Source: Candidatus Kapaibacterium sp.
GTDB lineage: Bacteria > Bacteroidota > Ignavibacteria > Kapaibacteriales > UBA2268
Direction: 5' to 3'
DNA length: 64,000 bases
NCBI GenBank assembly: GCA_963665665.1
Contig: OY762428.1
Location: forward strand, 5,024,001 to 5,088,000
Positions 1 to 8,993 of this stretch are shown one piece after another. Below the pieces are notes generated by a model. The model was not told the origin of the DNA, did no database searches, and worked only from the letters and a program-made list of their open reading frames with translations. A program made the position numbers and the translations under genes. The first letter of the stretch is position 1, and every line of letters begins with the position of its first letter.

Positions 1-96
1 CTTTGTCCTATAAATCAGAAGCAGCAGGGATTTAAACATATAATATTTCTCTGAGAACTACTATGGCTTGATATTTCAATTTCGTGGAAATATATT

Positions 97-112
97 TGGC
101 AGGCATTTTGTA
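97..112 (+). promoter_or_regulatory. Possible sigma-54 (-24/-12) promoter
   Basis: TGGCAGGCATTTTGTA versus consensus TGGCAC-N5-TTGCW; correct spacing but -12 is GT rather than GC; 76 bp upstream of the ORF at 188. Confidence 0.35.
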
Positions 113-187
113 TATTATATTTATGATTTTAGATTTTCATGAAAGATTATTTTTATTTAACAAAATAAATCATTAACAGGTATTGAA

Positions 188-763
188 ATGACTGAAAAAA
201 AATCAAATGTATTAAAAGCAGATGAAAATAATGACAACGAGCACATTATTAATCCGTTTCAGGACGAGTTCGATCCAGCTTCGGTTGTAAATAAAAATGT
301 AATTGATAAAGAGCAGGCAGAAAGTTCGAATATAATTAGCGAGAGTTTAGAAGCTAAAAAAGATGAAGAAGAAATCGAAGAATTACTTTCAGCAGACGAG
401 GAAGAAATAAAAAAGAATGTTTTCGAACCTGGAATTGGTACCGATGAAGATATCGTTGATGATGAGATGGAAATGAAGAAAAATCTTTTCAAGGATTTCC
501 TTGCTGTTCCCAAGATCAGCGGTAAAACAGTAGGTATACCTCACTCCAACCTTATTCCTGAAGAAATACTAAAAAACAGGGGTAAGAAAATTGAAATTAA
601 TGATGACCCGATTGTTGATGATGACGAACATAGCCGCACAACGATCATGATAAATAAAAATGCCGAAGGTGAAATTGAAAGTATCGAAGTTTATTGCGCT
701 TGTGGTGAGCGAACAATGATAAAACTAAATTACGATAATGACGAAGAAACTGAAGAGGAATAA
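188..763 (+). CDS. Hypothetical acidic protein with C-terminal CxCG motif
   Basis: 191-aa ORF, very D/E-rich N-terminus, compact C-terminal segment IESIEVYCACGERTMIKL. Confidence 0.75.
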   Translation: MTEKKSNVLKADENNDNEHIINPFQDEFDPASVVNKNVIDKEQAESSNIISESLEAKKDEEEIEELLSADEEEIKKNVFEPGIGTDEDIVDDEMEMKKNLFKDFLAVPKISGKTVGIPHSNLIPEEILKNRGKKIEINDDPIVDDDEHSRTTIMINKNAEGEIESIEVYCACGERTMIKLNYDNDEETEEE

Positions 764-765
764 AA

Positions 766-1047
766 TTAATACTCGATCTGAGTGTGAAGGCCTATTTCCT
801 CTAATACACCGCTAATTCTAAGGCAATCATTCATTTCACCGTCGAATACGCATGCTTTGCCTTTGGTGTGAACCTCCCATGTAAGGTTTTCTGCTTTATC
901 CCGCCCGCAACCCACAGCTTTGATAATCTGTTCAATAACCTCATCAAAAGTGTGCCAGTCGTCGTTGAATAAAATAACCTTGGATGCCAGAGCCGTATCA
1001 TTCGGAGTTAATACTTCCGGTTCGGCAACAGACTGATTGTCTTCCAT
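766..1047 (-). CDS. clpS: ATP-dependent Clp protease adaptor ClpS
   Basis: KVILFNDDWHTFDEVI and EVHTKGKA match the ClpS signature; start set to the ATG at 1047. Confidence 0.92.
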   Translation of the reverse strand: MEDNQSVAEPEVLTPNDTALASKVILFNDDWHTFDEVIEQIIKAVGCGRDKAENLTWEVHTKGKACVFDGEMNDCLRISGVLEEIGLHTQIEY

Positions 1048-1398
1048 ATATATTGCGCTTATCATCTTATCCCAATGTAACTTTTTTATCCGAGCACAAT
1101 TAAATAAAAATCTCAAAAAAAATCAAGAAAATAATGTCGGTTTATGCGAATTGGCAATATTCCATGATCTGATAAATACGGGAATTGATTCCTTCCTTTT
1201 GATTAGGATGCCCCAAAATAAATCGAGACAGGATGATTGCAGGCTTACAGAACCCGCGACTGATTAATCCATCTTTTTCTTTATGATAGTTCATTAAGAA
1301 CAGACTTTTCGCTTCTTTCAGATTGGCATTGCTTATAATTATTTAAAGATATCTGAGATATTGTTTTTTTGCTGGTTAGCAAGGTTTGGATATAATCA

Positions 1399-1438
1399 AT
1401 AAAAAAACCGGGCAATATATATTTGAAGAATTGCCCGG
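1399..1438 (-). terminator. Intrinsic terminator after the crotonase-family gene
   Basis: ccgggcaat...attgcccgg stem next to an A-run (U-tract on the minus strand). Confidence 0.6.
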
Positions 1439-1521
1439 AAAAACTAAAATTTGAAAATGATCCTGTTTTAATCATTTACTGGATAATCGTACCGATTCGT
1501 ATAAATGATAAGAATGATATA

Positions 1522-2292
1522 TCAAAAACCAATTATCTTTGATTCTAATGCAAAATACCTTTCAAGTTCATCTTTATAATTCGATGTCAACCTTTTGGTA
1601 AGAGCCATAGAGTTATGATTGAAACCACATAATTCGTGTGCCTGGTTGATAGCAGACTGCCTGAAATTTTCAATTGGCAAAACCTCGTGAATCAGGAATT
1701 TTTCTTTAGCTGTATCAACTTTTATTTCGCCCTGGTGGTACAGAAATGCATTAGCTTCACCCTGTCCCATAAATCTTGGTAAAAAGAAAGGTAGTGCCCC
1801 TGCAGGATGCATTCCATATTTGGAGTGAGGCAGGCAGTATTTCATGTCATCGGCAGCAAAGCGAAAGTCAAAGCTCAGGCTAAGCCCGAAGAAAGGCGTA
1901 ACAACTGTATCCTGAAGAGCAATGATTGTAATTTTCCTGAAATCAACCATTTTCAGGATAAAAGTTCTGAAAGTATTCATCTGGCGGGCCCGAATCAGTT
2001 TTTTCTCTGATTCATCCATACGGATTCCGCCATCATCTTCATTATTGAAGAATTTTGTCATGAAGTCATCATAAACCGTATTTCCGAAGGCATCATGGTT
2101 ATTCATAACCATAATAGCATCAATTACAGGATCCTTTTCAACCCAATTAATTAGTTCAATAAGGTTGCCGCCCTTTTCCAGATCGGAAATACTCGAAAAA
2201 AATAAATTTTTAAGTTCGATAAGTGCTATTTTGTTTTCTACGGAAAATGAAAGTTCATCATTTTCAAACCGGAATGTATCTGAATTTTCCAT
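1522..2292 (-). CDS. Enoyl-CoA hydratase/isomerase (crotonase) family protein, divergent
   Basis: KITIIALQD...LSLSFDFRFAADD...LPHSKYGMHPAGALPFFLPRFMG follows the crotonase pattern. Confidence 0.85.
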   Translation of the reverse strand: MENSDTFRFENDELSFSVENKIALIELKNLFFSSISDLEKGGNLIELINWVEKDPVIDAIMVMNNHDAFGNTVYDDFMTKFFNNEDDGGIRMDESEKKLIRARQMNTFRTFILKMVDFRKITIIALQDTVVTPFFGLSLSFDFRFAADDMKYCLPHSKYGMHPAGALPFFLPRFMGQGEANAFLYHQGEIKVDTAKEKFLIHEVLPIENFRQSAINQAHELCGFNHNSMALTKRLTSNYKDELERYFALESKIIGF

Positions 2293-2377
2293 AAATCACC
2301 TGACTAATTTTATTTAAAATATCCGGTAAATCTTTCTTTATTTTAACATTAAATAATATTAAAAGCAAGTAAAAAAT

Positions 2378-2402
2378 AAAAAAAACGGGGCCTGAGCCCC
2401 GT
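2378..2402 (-). terminator. Intrinsic terminator of the efflux operon
   Basis: acggggc-ctga-gccccgt hairpin with an A-run, directly after the RND stop codon. Confidence 0.75.
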
Positions 2403-2406
2403 AAAT

Positions 2407-5400
2407 TTATATTTTCATTTGAGTTTTTCTTCCAATACCTAACATTCTTTTTATCATATTCCATAACAAATCAAAAATATAGACAGAAGCAGGTATTACG
2501 ACAAGTGTTAATAATGTTGATGAAACAAGGCCGCCAATAGATACAACACCCATAGGTTGTCTCATTTCAGCTCCTGCATCACCTATACCAAGAGCCATCG
2601 GAAGCATACCCAGAATCAATGCCAGTGTAGACATCATAATTGGTTTCAACTTTGTAGGACATGCCTGAATTAAAGCATCTTTCATTTTCATACCCTCGTC
2701 ACGAACAAGCTGGTTAGTATAGTCCAGCATCAGGATGGCATTGTTCACCACTATACCAATAAGCATAATAATTGCCATCAATGCTGTAATACCAAGTGCA
2801 ATGTTTGTATAATATAATGAAGTTACAGCTCCAATGAAAGCAAGAGGTAAAGTACTTAAAATGATAATAGGCTGGAAGAAACTCTCAAGTATTGCTGCAA
2901 GTAACATATAAGTGAGAATAACAGCAATAAAGAAAGCAAATCCCATGTCAAGAATCATTTCATTCATCATTTTAGTATTACCACCCCATTCATACCTGTA
3001 GCCCGGAGGGAATTCAATATCAGCCATTTTCTTATCAATAGCAGCAGTAACATCACCAATTGGCACACCCTCTGCATTACCACCTGTTATCTGGATCGCA
3101 ATGTATTTATCCCTGTGAATAATCTTGGTGAATCCCGTAGTAAATTTCACATCGGCAACCTGTGACAGCCTGTATGTACCACCTGGACCTACCAGAGGTA
3201 TATTACCGATTTTTTCAGGGGTATTAGTTGACTCGTCATCGAGTGTAACAATTATGTCATACTCGTTACCAAGTTCGCGATATTTTGTTGATTCGATACC
3301 TTCGATTGCAGAACGAAGGGTCATGGCTATGTCAAAGACTGTCAGGCCCGATTCTGAAAGTTTATCCCTTTTCGGATAAACAGTTATTTCAGGTTTACCG
3401 GCCCTCGAACTATTATCAAGGTTTATAAGGCCGGGGACATCCTTGATAGCTTCCATTGTCTGTTCTTTCAGAACTTCAACCTCTTCCAGGTCCTGTCCTA
3501 ATATAAAGAACTCAACCGGATTCTGGCCAGGGCCTTCATTATCTGCCCTTTTCACTGTAATATTCATATTCGGAATTTTTGCAAGGTCTTCGGTAAACAC
3601 ATCAATAAGCTTACCAAGTCCGATTTCCCTTTCTTTGGCATCCACAAGATTTATATTTATCAAAGCCATATTGGTACCAATATCCATATCGGATTTCTTA
3701 CCAAGGGTTGTAAGAATATCAATTACTTCTTCATGCTTACTTAATTTTTCTTCAATCTCTTTTATTGAATTCGATGTTTCCTTTAAATTATAACCCTGTG
3801 GAAGTTCTACCTCAACCATCAATTTACCATTATCGGAAGCAGGAATGAACTCAAATCCAAGATGAGGACCATAAATCATTAGTGAACCAACAAGAATAAT
3901 ACCTGTTACTATAAGTATTCCAAGAGAAATAATCCAATTCTTCAGTGAAACAGTAAGTATCTTCCTGTAGAAATCGTCCCATTTCCTGTAGAATGCATCG
4001 AATGCTGCACCAATTCTGCCAACTTTTGCAGTTTTTGGAAGGATGAGTGATGCAAGCATCGGCGTAAGTGTAAATGACATGAAAATGGAAAATATCGTTG
4101 CAAATACGGCTGTCAGAGCCAGTTCTTTCATGAACTGCCCCACGAGCGAAGACATGTTGGCAATTGGCAGAAATACAACAAGGTTCGTCATTGTTGAAGC
4201 CAAAACTGCTACTGTTACTTCTTTAGTACCAATATAAGCAGCTTCTTTCGGCATTTTACCCATGTTCCTGTGGCGGAAAATATTTTCAAGAACAACAACC
4301 GAGTTGGCAACAAGCACACCAATTGAAACTGATAGGCCCATCAATGTCATCATGTTCATAGTCAGCCCGGCGGCAGACATAAGCATGAATGTAGATATAA
4401 TAGATGTAGGCATTGACAGAGCAACAATTAATGTAGACCTGAAATTTGCAAGGAAAAGTAAAAGAACAATTGATGTAAAAATAACACCAAGAAGAACATT
4501 GCTCATTGTATCGTCAACAGTTGATCGGGTAAATACAGAATTATCAGAAATAATTTCCAATTTACATCCGGCAGGAAGGGTTTTCTCAATATCCGGAAGT
4601 GTAGCCCTGACTGCCTCTGCAACTTTCACAACATTACCATCTGTACTTTTTACAATACCCAGCCTTACAACATTTTCGTCCCTGAATTTATTTTTCACGT
4701 TGAAATAAACAGCTCTCTGGCGGATTTTTTTACCCCCGTCAACAACTGTGGCAAACTGCTTAATCTTCTTCGGGCCAAATGCGGTTGGAACCCGGAGTTC
4801 TTCAATAGCTTTAGTATCGGGAAATTCTCCGTCGAGCCTTACTGTGTATTCCTGATCGCCTATCTGGAAATAACCACCGGGGATATCACGGTTCTGGTAT
4901 GCCAGTAATTGAAGCATCTGCGGAAGGGAGATTGAATTTTCAAAAGCAACCCTGTTGTTCATTACAACCTGGATTTCTCTTTCCTGGCCGCCGGTTGCGT
5001 CAACCCTTGCCACACCCTGAATCTGTGAGAATCTGTCTTTCAGGGTTTTATCAGCAATATCATATAATTCCCTTGGGTCTATATCACCACTCAGAACAAC
5101 CTGCATAATCGGGAATGCCCTGAAGTCAACTTTCTCAACAATAGGTTTCTCGGCATCAGTTGGCAGGTCGTTTATAATAGCATCAACCTTATCCTTTACT
5201 TCCTGGTTGGCAACATTAACATCCTTGGTCATTTTAAACTGAATAATAACAACAGAAGCTCCGTCAAGTGAATAAGACAGAAGCTGTTCAATTTCACTAA
5301 CAGTAGCAACAGCGTCTTCAATTTTCTTGGAGATCTGCGTCTCAATTTCTTTTGGCCCGGCTCCCGGGTAAACTGTCTGGATAGTAATATATGGTATTTC

Positions 5401-5520
5401 CACGTCCGGCATCTGGTTCAGATTCATTCCGAAATAAGCAATACCGCCAAATATCAGAAATACCAGGATTATCATTGTTGTCATAACCGGCCGGTTTATT
5501 GACATTTTTGCAAGAAACAT
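2407..5520 (-). CDS. RND efflux transporter permease (AcrB/HAE1 family)
   Basis: 1037 aa; SINRPV start, YPGAGPKEIE, GVLVANSVVVLENIFRH, KLKPIMMSTLALILGMLP. Confidence 0.96.
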   Translation of the reverse strand: MFLAKMSINRPVMTTMIILVFLIFGGIAYFGMNLNQMPDVEIPYITIQTVYPGAGPKEIETQISKKIEDAVATVSEIEQLLSYSLDGASVVIIQFKMTKDVNVANQEVKDKVDAIINDLPTDAEKPIVEKVDFRAFPIMQVVLSGDIDPRELYDIADKTLKDRFSQIQGVARVDATGGQEREIQVVMNNRVAFENSISLPQMLQLLAYQNRDIPGGYFQIGDQEYTVRLDGEFPDTKAIEELRVPTAFGPKKIKQFATVVDGGKKIRQRAVYFNVKNKFRDENVVRLGIVKSTDGNVVKVAEAVRATLPDIEKTLPAGCKLEIISDNSVFTRSTVDDTMSNVLLGVIFTSIVLLLFLANFRSTLIVALSMPTSIISTFMLMSAAGLTMNMMTLMGLSVSIGVLVANSVVVLENIFRHRNMGKMPKEAAYIGTKEVTVAVLASTMTNLVVFLPIANMSSLVGQFMKELALTAVFATIFSIFMSFTLTPMLASLILPKTAKVGRIGAAFDAFYRKWDDFYRKILTVSLKNWIISLGILIVTGIILVGSLMIYGPHLGFEFIPASDNGKLMVEVELPQGYNLKETSNSIKEIEEKLSKHEEVIDILTTLGKKSDMDIGTNMALININLVDAKEREIGLGKLIDVFTEDLAKIPNMNITVKRADNEGPGQNPVEFFILGQDLEEVEVLKEQTMEAIKDVPGLINLDNSSRAGKPEITVYPKRDKLSESGLTVFDIAMTLRSAIEGIESTKYRELGNEYDIIVTLDDESTNTPEKIGNIPLVGPGGTYRLSQVADVKFTTGFTKIIHRDKYIAIQITGGNAEGVPIGDVTAAIDKKMADIEFPPGYRYEWGGNTKMMNEMILDMGFAFFIAVILTYMLLAAILESFFQPIIILSTLPLAFIGAVTSLYYTNIALGITALMAIIMLIGIVVNNAILMLDYTNQLVRDEGMKMKDALIQACPTKLKPIMMSTLALILGMLPMALGIGDAGAEMRQPMGVVSIGGLVSSTLLTLVVIPASVYIFDLLWNMIKRMLGIGRKTQMKI

Positions 5521-5559
5521 TTTTCTCGTCCTTAGTTTCTAAATTAATTAATCATTCAA

Positions 5560-6609
5560 TTATTCTACAACCGAGATTTTCTTACCTTCTTCAACCAGGG
5601 CCTGCCCCTGTGTGATAATCATCTCGCTGCCGTCTAATCCGTCGGTTATTTCAATTTCAACGCCACTTTCCTGGCCTGTTTTAACATACTGTTTAACAGC
5701 ATTTCCTTTTAAATCCACATATACAAATTTGCCTTTTTCATCTTTGTTAATCAGATGTCTCTTCAGAACAAATGTTTCAGGATTTGTATAAGTATTGATA
5801 TAAATATCAGTCATAACCCCGGATTTCAACATTCTTGAAGGATTCGGGAAGAGAATTTCCACGCCGAAGGCACGTTTATCTTTGTCCATTGTAAGGGTTA
5901 CTTCCGAAACCCTGCCGCGCAGGGTATCCTTGTCAATCAGAATAAATGAACTCATTCCATTCTTTATAAAAGCAGCTTCTTCTTCTGATGCCCATATTTT
6001 CGCTTTCATTTGTCCAAGCTGGGCAACAGTGAACAAAGGCTTACCCTGTCCTACAATATCGCCAACTTTGTGTTTCATTTCAACAACAGTACCGCTAATC
6101 GGAGATTCAACATTCAATAACTGATTTAGTTGTTCATAATTTCTTTTATTAACGAGATACTGTGTTTCTGCCTGATCAAAATTCTGTTGTGAAGTTTCGC
6201 CCGCTTCAAGAAGAGCTTTCATCCTGTTGTAAGTTTTCTCTGCAATATCAAGGGCTGCTTTTGCCTGATCAAATTGCAATGCCGGATTATCCGTAGGGAA
6301 CTCAATTACAACCTGGTCTTCTTTTACGAAGTCGCCGACTTTTGCATTGATTTTTGCGATCTTATCATTTACCATACCCATAACAGGCGTCTGACGAATT
6401 CCTGAAAGCTGTGCATAGAAAGTCATGGATTTGACAAACTCTTTTTTAACAGGTTTTTCCACTTTCACCGGAACGCCGTCTTCGTTCCTGATCTGTTCCA
6501 TACTTCTTGCTGTTTCCTGCTTTTCCTCGGAGCAGGCAGAAAAAACTATGGCAGCCATAACGGCTAAGGATAAAAGGAAGTTCTTTTGTTTAGTTAATGT
6601 TGTTCTCAT
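5560..6609 (-). CDS. RND periplasmic adaptor (MFP) lipoprotein
   Basis: Lipobox FSAC, lipoyl-like halves (VGDFVKEDQ; SPISGTV), located between TolC and RND. Confidence 0.93.
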   Translation of the reverse strand: MRTTLTKQKNFLLSLAVMAAIVFSACSEEKQETARSMEQIRNEDGVPVKVEKPVKKEFVKSMTFYAQLSGIRQTPVMGMVNDKIAKINAKVGDFVKEDQVVIEFPTDNPALQFDQAKAALDIAEKTYNRMKALLEAGETSQQNFDQAETQYLVNKRNYEQLNQLLNVESPISGTVVEMKHKVGDIVGQGKPLFTVAQLGQMKAKIWASEEEAAFIKNGMSSFILIDKDTLRGRVSEVTLTMDKDKRAFGVEILFPNPSRMLKSGVMTDIYINTYTNPETFVLKRHLINKDEKGKFVYVDLKGNAVKQYVKTGQESGVEIEITDGLDGSEMIITQGQALVEEGKKISVVE

Positions 6610-6633
6610 GATATTTATTACTCCTGATATAAA

Positions 6634-8079
6634 TTATTTATTTTCGTTATTGTAAAGGCCTAATTTAATATATTTCGAATCTACTTTACCGAGAAGCATA
6701 TTAAGGTCTGATTGGGCTTTAAGGTAGTCATATACAGCCTGCAGCCTGTTGGTTTTGGCCTGCCTCAGAGCCATGTCGGCATTCTGGATTTCCAGTTGAT
6801 TCCCAGTGCCTTCCTTGTAGCGGATTTCGGATAGTTCGTAAGCCCTTTGCGCTACGGTAACGGTTCTTTCCCTGGCTTCGATGGTGTTTTTAACCTTTTC
6901 AAGGTTAAGAATAGCCATTCTCACCTGCATTTTAATTGCGTCTTTAAGCTGAAATAGTTGCTCATCTGTCTGCATGACGGCAATTTGTTTCTGCTGAACT
7001 TTCCTGGAAGTACGCAAACCGTTAAACAAGTTGATGGAAAATGAAAGCCCGACAACCGAAGAGTTATAATTCATGAAATTCAAGTCATCGGACTGGCCGC
7101 CAAGGGAATAATTTCCAAAAGCTGCTATGGTAGGATAATAGTCCGATTCATCAATTTGGATGAATGCTTCGTCGAGTTCTCTTTTCATTCTCAAAGTTGA
7201 AAGGTCATAATTATTGGTTAGAGCCTCTGTTATTGACTGGTCGGAATCAGGAACTGATCCACCATTATATTCGAGCGTTCCTTCTATGTTTATTTCTTGC
7301 TTTGGGTCAATACCCATGGTCATTTTCAGTCCGTCAAGGGCATTTTTGTATGCATTTTCTACCTCTATTAACTGAGGGCGAATATTTTCAACCTGAACTT
7401 CAGCCTGCAGCCTGTCAAATTCCGCAACAAGCCCCTGGTCGTAAAGAGCCTTAACATTATTATAGTTATTCCTGGCGTTTTCGAAGCTCTCACTTGTGAT
7501 TTTCACAAATTCACGTGTCAGCAAGACACCGAAAAAAGCATTTTCCACAGAATTGACAATATTGACAACCTTTGCTTTTAGTTGTTCCTGAGCTGTTTCA
7601 TAGTAAACCTGTGAAGCCCCTATTCCCTGGAAAACTGCTGAATTGAACAAAACCTGAGTAACCTGAGCAGTCGCCTCGTAAGAATTGGACTGAACCATAG
7701 AAAGTTCTGATAGTCCCATTGGCAGGAACTTCGAGGAATCACGCGGCAGCACGCCCTCGTCGAAAAGAATTGAATAGCTGGCATTTGTAAGCATAGCATT
7801 GAAATCCGGGAAGAAAATAATCGGCTTCTTCAGGAAATGGCTGAAATTTGCAGTTACATCCAATGATGGATATGCATAACCATATGCTTCGCTTATAGCA
7901 GCATCAGCCTTTTCAACTTCCAAACGTGCAATTTTAGTGTCAGGATTGTTTTTCAGAGCTGTTTCTATTGCTTTGTCGATTGTAAAAACCTGCTGGGAAT
8001 GCAGAGGCAATGACAACGCAACTAATCCTGCCATAATAAAGGCAGCAAACAGCTTTGTTTTTAGGTTCTTAATTTTCAT
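6634..8079 (-). CDS. tolC: TolC family outer-membrane efflux protein
   Basis: AIETALKNNP, YPSLDV, YKEGTGNQLEI duplicated OEP pattern; start trimmed to MKIKN. Confidence 0.92.
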   Translation of the reverse strand: MKIKNLKTKLFAAFIMAGLVALSLPLHSQQVFTIDKAIETALKNNPDTKIARLEVEKADAAISEAYGYAYPSLDVTANFSHFLKKPIIFFPDFNAMLTNASYSILFDEGVLPRDSSKFLPMGLSELSMVQSNSYEATAQVTQVLFNSAVFQGIGASQVYYETAQEQLKAKVVNIVNSVENAFFGVLLTREFVKITSESFENARNNYNNVKALYDQGLVAEFDRLQAEVQVENIRPQLIEVENAYKNALDGLKMTMGIDPKQEINIEGTLEYNGGSVPDSDQSITEALTNNYDLSTLRMKRELDEAFIQIDESDYYPTIAAFGNYSLGGQSDDLNFMNYNSSVVGLSFSINLFNGLRTSRKVQQKQIAVMQTDEQLFQLKDAIKMQVRMAILNLEKVKNTIEARERTVTVAQRAYELSEIRYKEGTGNQLEIQNADMALRQAKTNRLQAVYDYLKAQSDLNMLLGKVDSKYIKLGLYNNENK

Positions 8080-8150
8080 CTTCGATCCGTGGATAAATAT
8101 TTCACAATTATTATTTATTTGCAATTTAAACATCAAATGTTAAGATAAAG

Positions 8151-8780
8151 TTAACCATTGAATACTTTGTTAATCTCTTCTTTAGCTTCTTTTGTTGCTG
8201 CACCGTCAATCAGTACTTCAAATATCTGGTCAATAATTTCTTTTTTTCCAAGATTCATCGGGATTGCAACATCTGGTTTCATCATATTTGTAACAGTAAA
8301 GTAGTGCATATAATATATCACATCAATATTTATACATTCTTTAATAATATTTTTTTCCTTTCCGATTTCCAGAAAACGTCGAAAATCCGATTGGAGCCGT
8401 TCCACCCTGAATTTCTGCATTTTGTCCCAAACTTCGGGAAGGTTCTCCTGAAGATCATCAAAAAATACATCTGAAAGGTGATCAACTATTTTGGGAATCA
8501 TATCCCATATCTCTTTTAATTTTGGAATAAATGTATCGGTGGAACAATCTGAAAGGTCATCCAAAGCTTCGCGAATCAAATCTTTTTGTACGAATACATA
8601 TTTGTCTATCAGGGCATCGAGAATTTCTTTCTTAGATTTGAATGTCTGGTACAAAGTTCTCTTGCTTATTCCCGCTTTTTTTGCTAAACTGTCAGTTGTT
8701 ACTCTTGTATAACCGAACTTTGACATTTCCTCGCGTGCGATTTTTAATATCCTGTCTCTCATTTTTCCTATGGTACTCAA
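8151..8780 (-). CDS. TetR/AcrR family transcriptional regulator
   Basis: N-terminal HTH: GYTRVTTDSLAKKAGISKRTLYQTFKSKKEI; heads the efflux operon. Confidence 0.93.
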   Translation of the reverse strand: MSTIGKMRDRILKIAREEMSKFGYTRVTTDSLAKKAGISKRTLYQTFKSKKEILDALIDKYVFVQKDLIREALDDLSDCSTDTFIPKLKEIWDMIPKIVDHLSDVFFDDLQENLPEVWDKMQKFRVERLQSDFRRFLEIGKEKNIIKECINIDVIYYMHYFTVTNMMKPDVAIPMNLGKKEIIDQIFEVLIDGAATKEAKEEINKVFNG

Positions 8781-8781
8781 T

Positions 8782-8796
8782 AAACTAAAATAGTTT
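8782..8796. promoter_or_regulatory. Possible TetR operator (palindrome AAACTA-aaa-TAGTTT)
   Basis: 6-bp-arm palindrome immediately upstream of the TetR start codon; short and AT-rich. Confidence 0.35.
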
Positions 8797-8993
8797 TCTC
8801 AGTTACAAACATACTGCTATTACGAAAAAAGTCCAAAAATATTATCCAGATTTTTGTTCATTTTGATATTTTTTTTGATGATTTTTTCATAATTATTATA
8901 ATAATATTCCCCGAATAATTTTTTTCACGCCATTGATACGAAAAAAACTTATTTTTGTTTATATTATTTTTACAAAAATTTTACGTGTGAATT

